A stretch of 64,000 bases of DNA from Escherichia phage KEP2: sequence record PP047752. One strand, given 5' to 3'. The notes beneath the pieces are model-generated. The model had not been told where the DNA came from. It was given only the letters and a program-made list of their open reading frames with translations, and ran no database searches. The position numbers and the translations under genes were made by a program. Below are positions 61,559 through 64,000 of this stretch, one piece after another. Position 1 is the stretch's first letter; every line of letters begins with the position of its first letter.

Positions 61559-63340
61559 ATGACTAAATCACTTTATGCAGTACCAGCAGGTTTAAACGCG
61601 GATGCTTACAAATCTGGCCATATTTATCAGTATCCTAGTGCAACAGAGTACCTAATGTTCAACCTGACACCACGTAGTGATAAATGGTTTAACAGCCCTT
61701 TAGCAATTGACGGTGTAGTTGCTTTTGGTATTCAACGTTTTGTTAAAGATTACCTGATAGACCACTGGAACGCCACCTTCTTCGAACGTGACAAAAAAGA
61801 AGCAATTGATGAAATCTTAGAAGTCATGAACGGCGTTCTGGGTAAAGATGCTATTGGTCGAGAACATTGGGAAGCACTCCACGACTTAGGTTATCTACCA
61901 GTTGAAGTCTACGCTGTAGAAGAAGGTACAGTTGTCCCTATGCGTGTGCCAATGATTGTCTTCCAGAACACTGTTTCAGGTTTCCATTGGGTAGCGGGGT
62001 ATCTGGAAGATGCTTTCTCTGCTGAGATTTGGAAGGCTTGTACCATTGCAACTATTGCATTGCACTACAAACGTATCTGTAAGAAGTGGGCTGACCTTAC
62101 TTGTGACAACGACTTGCATTTACCTTATCAGTGCCATGACTTTGCTATGCGTGGTATGTCTGGCTTTACTGATGACGCATTTAACGCTGTAGGTCACTTA
62201 ACCAGCTTTAAAGGAACTGACAGCTTCCCTGCTGTGTATACAGCTAAACGCATCTATGGACAGTCCTACCCAATCTCTGATATTGGTAGTTCTGTGCCAG
62301 CCACTGAACACTCTGTAATGTGTGCAAACATTGCTTGGGAAGGTGGTAATGAGTTAATTGAAGATGAAAGACGTTTTAAAGGTGAGTTACAAACCTTCCG
62401 TCGTTTCTTAACAGAAACTTACCCAACTGGTATTGCAAGTGTTGTTTCAGACACTTATAACTTCTGGAGAACTGTATCAGTCATATTACCAGAACTCCGT
62501 AAAGAGATTATGGAACGTAATGGCAAACTAGTAATTCGTCCTGACTCTGGAGACCCTGTACATATTGTCACAGGCTATAAAGCAATCCACTTAGAGTGTG
62601 CTAAAAAGGCTTATTACGAACACCTAAGCAAGCTGGAAGCCAGCGACACAATGTTGAATGCTGTTCTGAACATGAAGCTTGAAAACATCAATTATGGTAT
62701 TGCTGGATGGCTATTGTCAGAAGGCTACGAAATAGTTGTTGACAGAGAAGACTTTGAAGTTGCTGATACAGTGCTGTTGAAAAATGCTTATATGGTTGGT
62801 TCTGCAAACGTTGTAACACGTCCTGTAGCGGAGATTGATGGAGCTATCAAGACACTGTATAACATCTTTGGAGGAACTATCAACGCTAAAGGTTTTAAAG
62901 TACTGGATGAGCATATCGGACTTATTTATGGTGACTCTATCACGTTGGAACGTGCAAACGAAATACTGAAGCGTTTGTATGAAATGGGTTTTGCAAGCTC
63001 TAACGTAGTGTTTGGTGTAGGTTCTTATACTTACCAGTACATGACTCGTGACACCTTTGCATTTGCTGTCAAAGCAACTCTTGCAAGCATTGGTGGTAAA
63101 GAGATTATGCTTGCAAAAGACCCTAAAACAGATAGCGGTGTTAAGAAGTCTGCTTTTGGTGGTGTAGCGCCCATGTGGGATGGTGATAAGCTGAAAGCTG
63201 TAGATGGCTATGGATTCCAGAGCTTTGCAGATGTGCTTGAACATCCAGCTTGTGCTTTACGTTTAGTCTTTAGTGACTCTGAGCAGTTCGGTTACACAAC
63301 TCTTGGCGATATTCGAAATAATATTGACAAGCAGCTTTAA
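61559..63340 (+). CDS. nicotinamide phosphoribosyltransferase family protein (NAMPT/NadV-like; possibly Namat)
   Basis: N-terminal DAYKSGHIYQYP resembles NAMPT DSYKVTHYKQYP; start set at ATG 61559 (track start 61508 is TTG inside hairpin). Confidence 0.7.
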   Translation: MTKSLYAVPAGLNADAYKSGHIYQYPSATEYLMFNLTPRSDKWFNSPLAIDGVVAFGIQRFVKDYLIDHWNATFFERDKKEAIDEILEVMNGVLGKDAIGREHWEALHDLGYLPVEVYAVEEGTVVPMRVPMIVFQNTVSGFHWVAGYLEDAFSAEIWKACTIATIALHYKRICKKWADLTCDNDLHLPYQCHDFAMRGMSGFTDDAFNAVGHLTSFKGTDSFPAVYTAKRIYGQSYPISDIGSSVPATEHSVMCANIAWEGGNELIEDERRFKGELQTFRRFLTETYPTGIASVVSDTYNFWRTVSVILPELRKEIMERNGKLVIRPDSGDPVHIVTGYKAIHLECAKKAYYEHLSKLEASDTMLNAVLNMKLENINYGIAGWLLSEGYEIVVDREDFEVADTVLLKNAYMVGSANVVTRPVAEIDGAIKTLYNIFGGTINAKGFKVLDEHIGLIYGDSITLERANEILKRLYEMGFASSNVVFGVGSYTYQYMTRDTFAFAVKATLASIGGKEIMLAKDPKTDSGVKKSAFGGVAPMWDGDKLKAVDGYGFQSFADVLEHPACALRLVFSDSEQFGYTTLGDIRNNIDKQL

Positions 63341-63353
63341 AAGTATATGATAA

Positions 63354-63377
63354 GAGGCTCCTACGGGAGCCTTTTTA
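63354..63377 (+). terminator. rho-independent terminator
   Basis: AGGCTCC-TACG-GGAGCCT followed by TTTTT. Confidence 0.6.
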
Positions 63378-63393
63378 ATTTCTGGAGAAGATT

Positions 63394-63729
63394 ATGAAAA
63401 TCAAAGAAATGAACATCAACATTGTCTTAGAAGAACGCTGGGAGAACATCAAGAAGCCTGAAAATGGTCATAAGTTCCTCAACAAAATCTTAGTAGCAGC
63501 TAAAGAAGAGCTGACTGGCAAGGTTGCAGCAGCAATCACAATAAAGGTGTGTGTAAAGGGTCTTCCAGACAATCACCAATTTGCACTTGACGAGTTTAAA
63601 GAAAGCTTCTACAATCCAAACAAACAGATGCTTGAAAGTAACTTTGCAGTGTCTACAAGTATCGTCCATGACAGAAGCTTTATCCTTTACAAGAATATGA
63701 GAGGTGAGTCATGCAAGCATATTGGATAG
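63394..63729 (+). CDS. hypothetical protein
   Basis: 111-aa ORF. Confidence 0.45.
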   Translation: MKIKEMNINIVLEERWENIKKPENGHKFLNKILVAAKEELTGKVAAAITIKVCVKGLPDNHQFALDEFKESFYNPNKQMLESNFAVSTSIVHDRSFILYKNMRGESCKHIG

Positions 63730-63887
63730 AAATTTTACTGTCACTTGGTAGTGTAGCAGTGCTTGTTTACCTTCTTTGTAAGTACTTTGCAGAGAACAAA
63801 AAATGTGAATACTGCAACGGAGAGGGGTACATAAGGGCAGGTTGTTGCCCTATGTGTGGTGGTTCTGGTAAAATGTTTAATAAGTGA
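63711..63887 (+). CDS. small membrane zinc-ribbon protein
   Basis: 58-aa ORF below track cutoff, found by hand; RBS GAGGTGAG; hydrophobic N-terminus and CEYCNG…CPMCGG. Confidence 0.3.
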   Translation: MQAYWIEILLSLGSVAVLVYLLCKYFAENKKCEYCNGEGYIRAGCCPMCGGSGKMFNK

Positions 63888-64000
63888 TTTAAAAGAAAAC
63901 TAAGAGGAAAGTATTATGCGCATGGTAAACGACCACGCAGAAGTGATTAAGAGTTCAACTTCTTTAGAGACGTCTCAAGCACAGATTACAATGACGCCTG

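Noticed and set aside
62717-63244. 175-aa minus-strand ORF
   Set aside because: Antisense to the NAMPT-like gene; no independent support.

Overview
This window reads as a 64-kb stretch of a virulent tailed-phage genome: AT-rich, densely packed, with no integrase or CRISPR array. All calls are made by eye from the sequence and the ORF track; no searches were run. Layout: (1) 1-2340, minus-strand genes including a partial Ig-like-repeat protein; (2) 3022-4437, a vWA-domain protein with Ro60/Rsr-like motifs; (3) 4600-7870, an array of about 18 tRNA genes interleaved with hairpin modules, an HNH endonuclease gene and a candidate Y-RNA-like element with a permuted tRNA-like core; (4) 8094-32011, plus-strand morphogenesis module (large terminase, portal, S49-type prohead protease, capsid, probable sheath/tube, chaperone pair with a -1 frameshift site, tape measure, baseplate, two HxH-repeat tail fibres); (5) 32048-41838, minus-strand early block (thymidylate synthase, DHFR, DNA ligase, family-A DNA polymerase, many small proteins in paralogous pairs); (6) 42066-63887, plus-strand replication and nucleotide-metabolism block (dNMP kinase, primase-helicase, FEN, NrdAB plus NrdH, NrdDG, then an adjacent Prs-like/NAMPT-like pair). 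The most interesting candidate is the Ro60-like gene together with the Y-RNA-like element and related hairpin modules in the tRNA array; the Prs/NAMPT pair is a likely NAD+ reconstitution (anti-defence) module. tRNA coordinates are accurate to a few nt and isotypes are read from the anticodon loop by hand.
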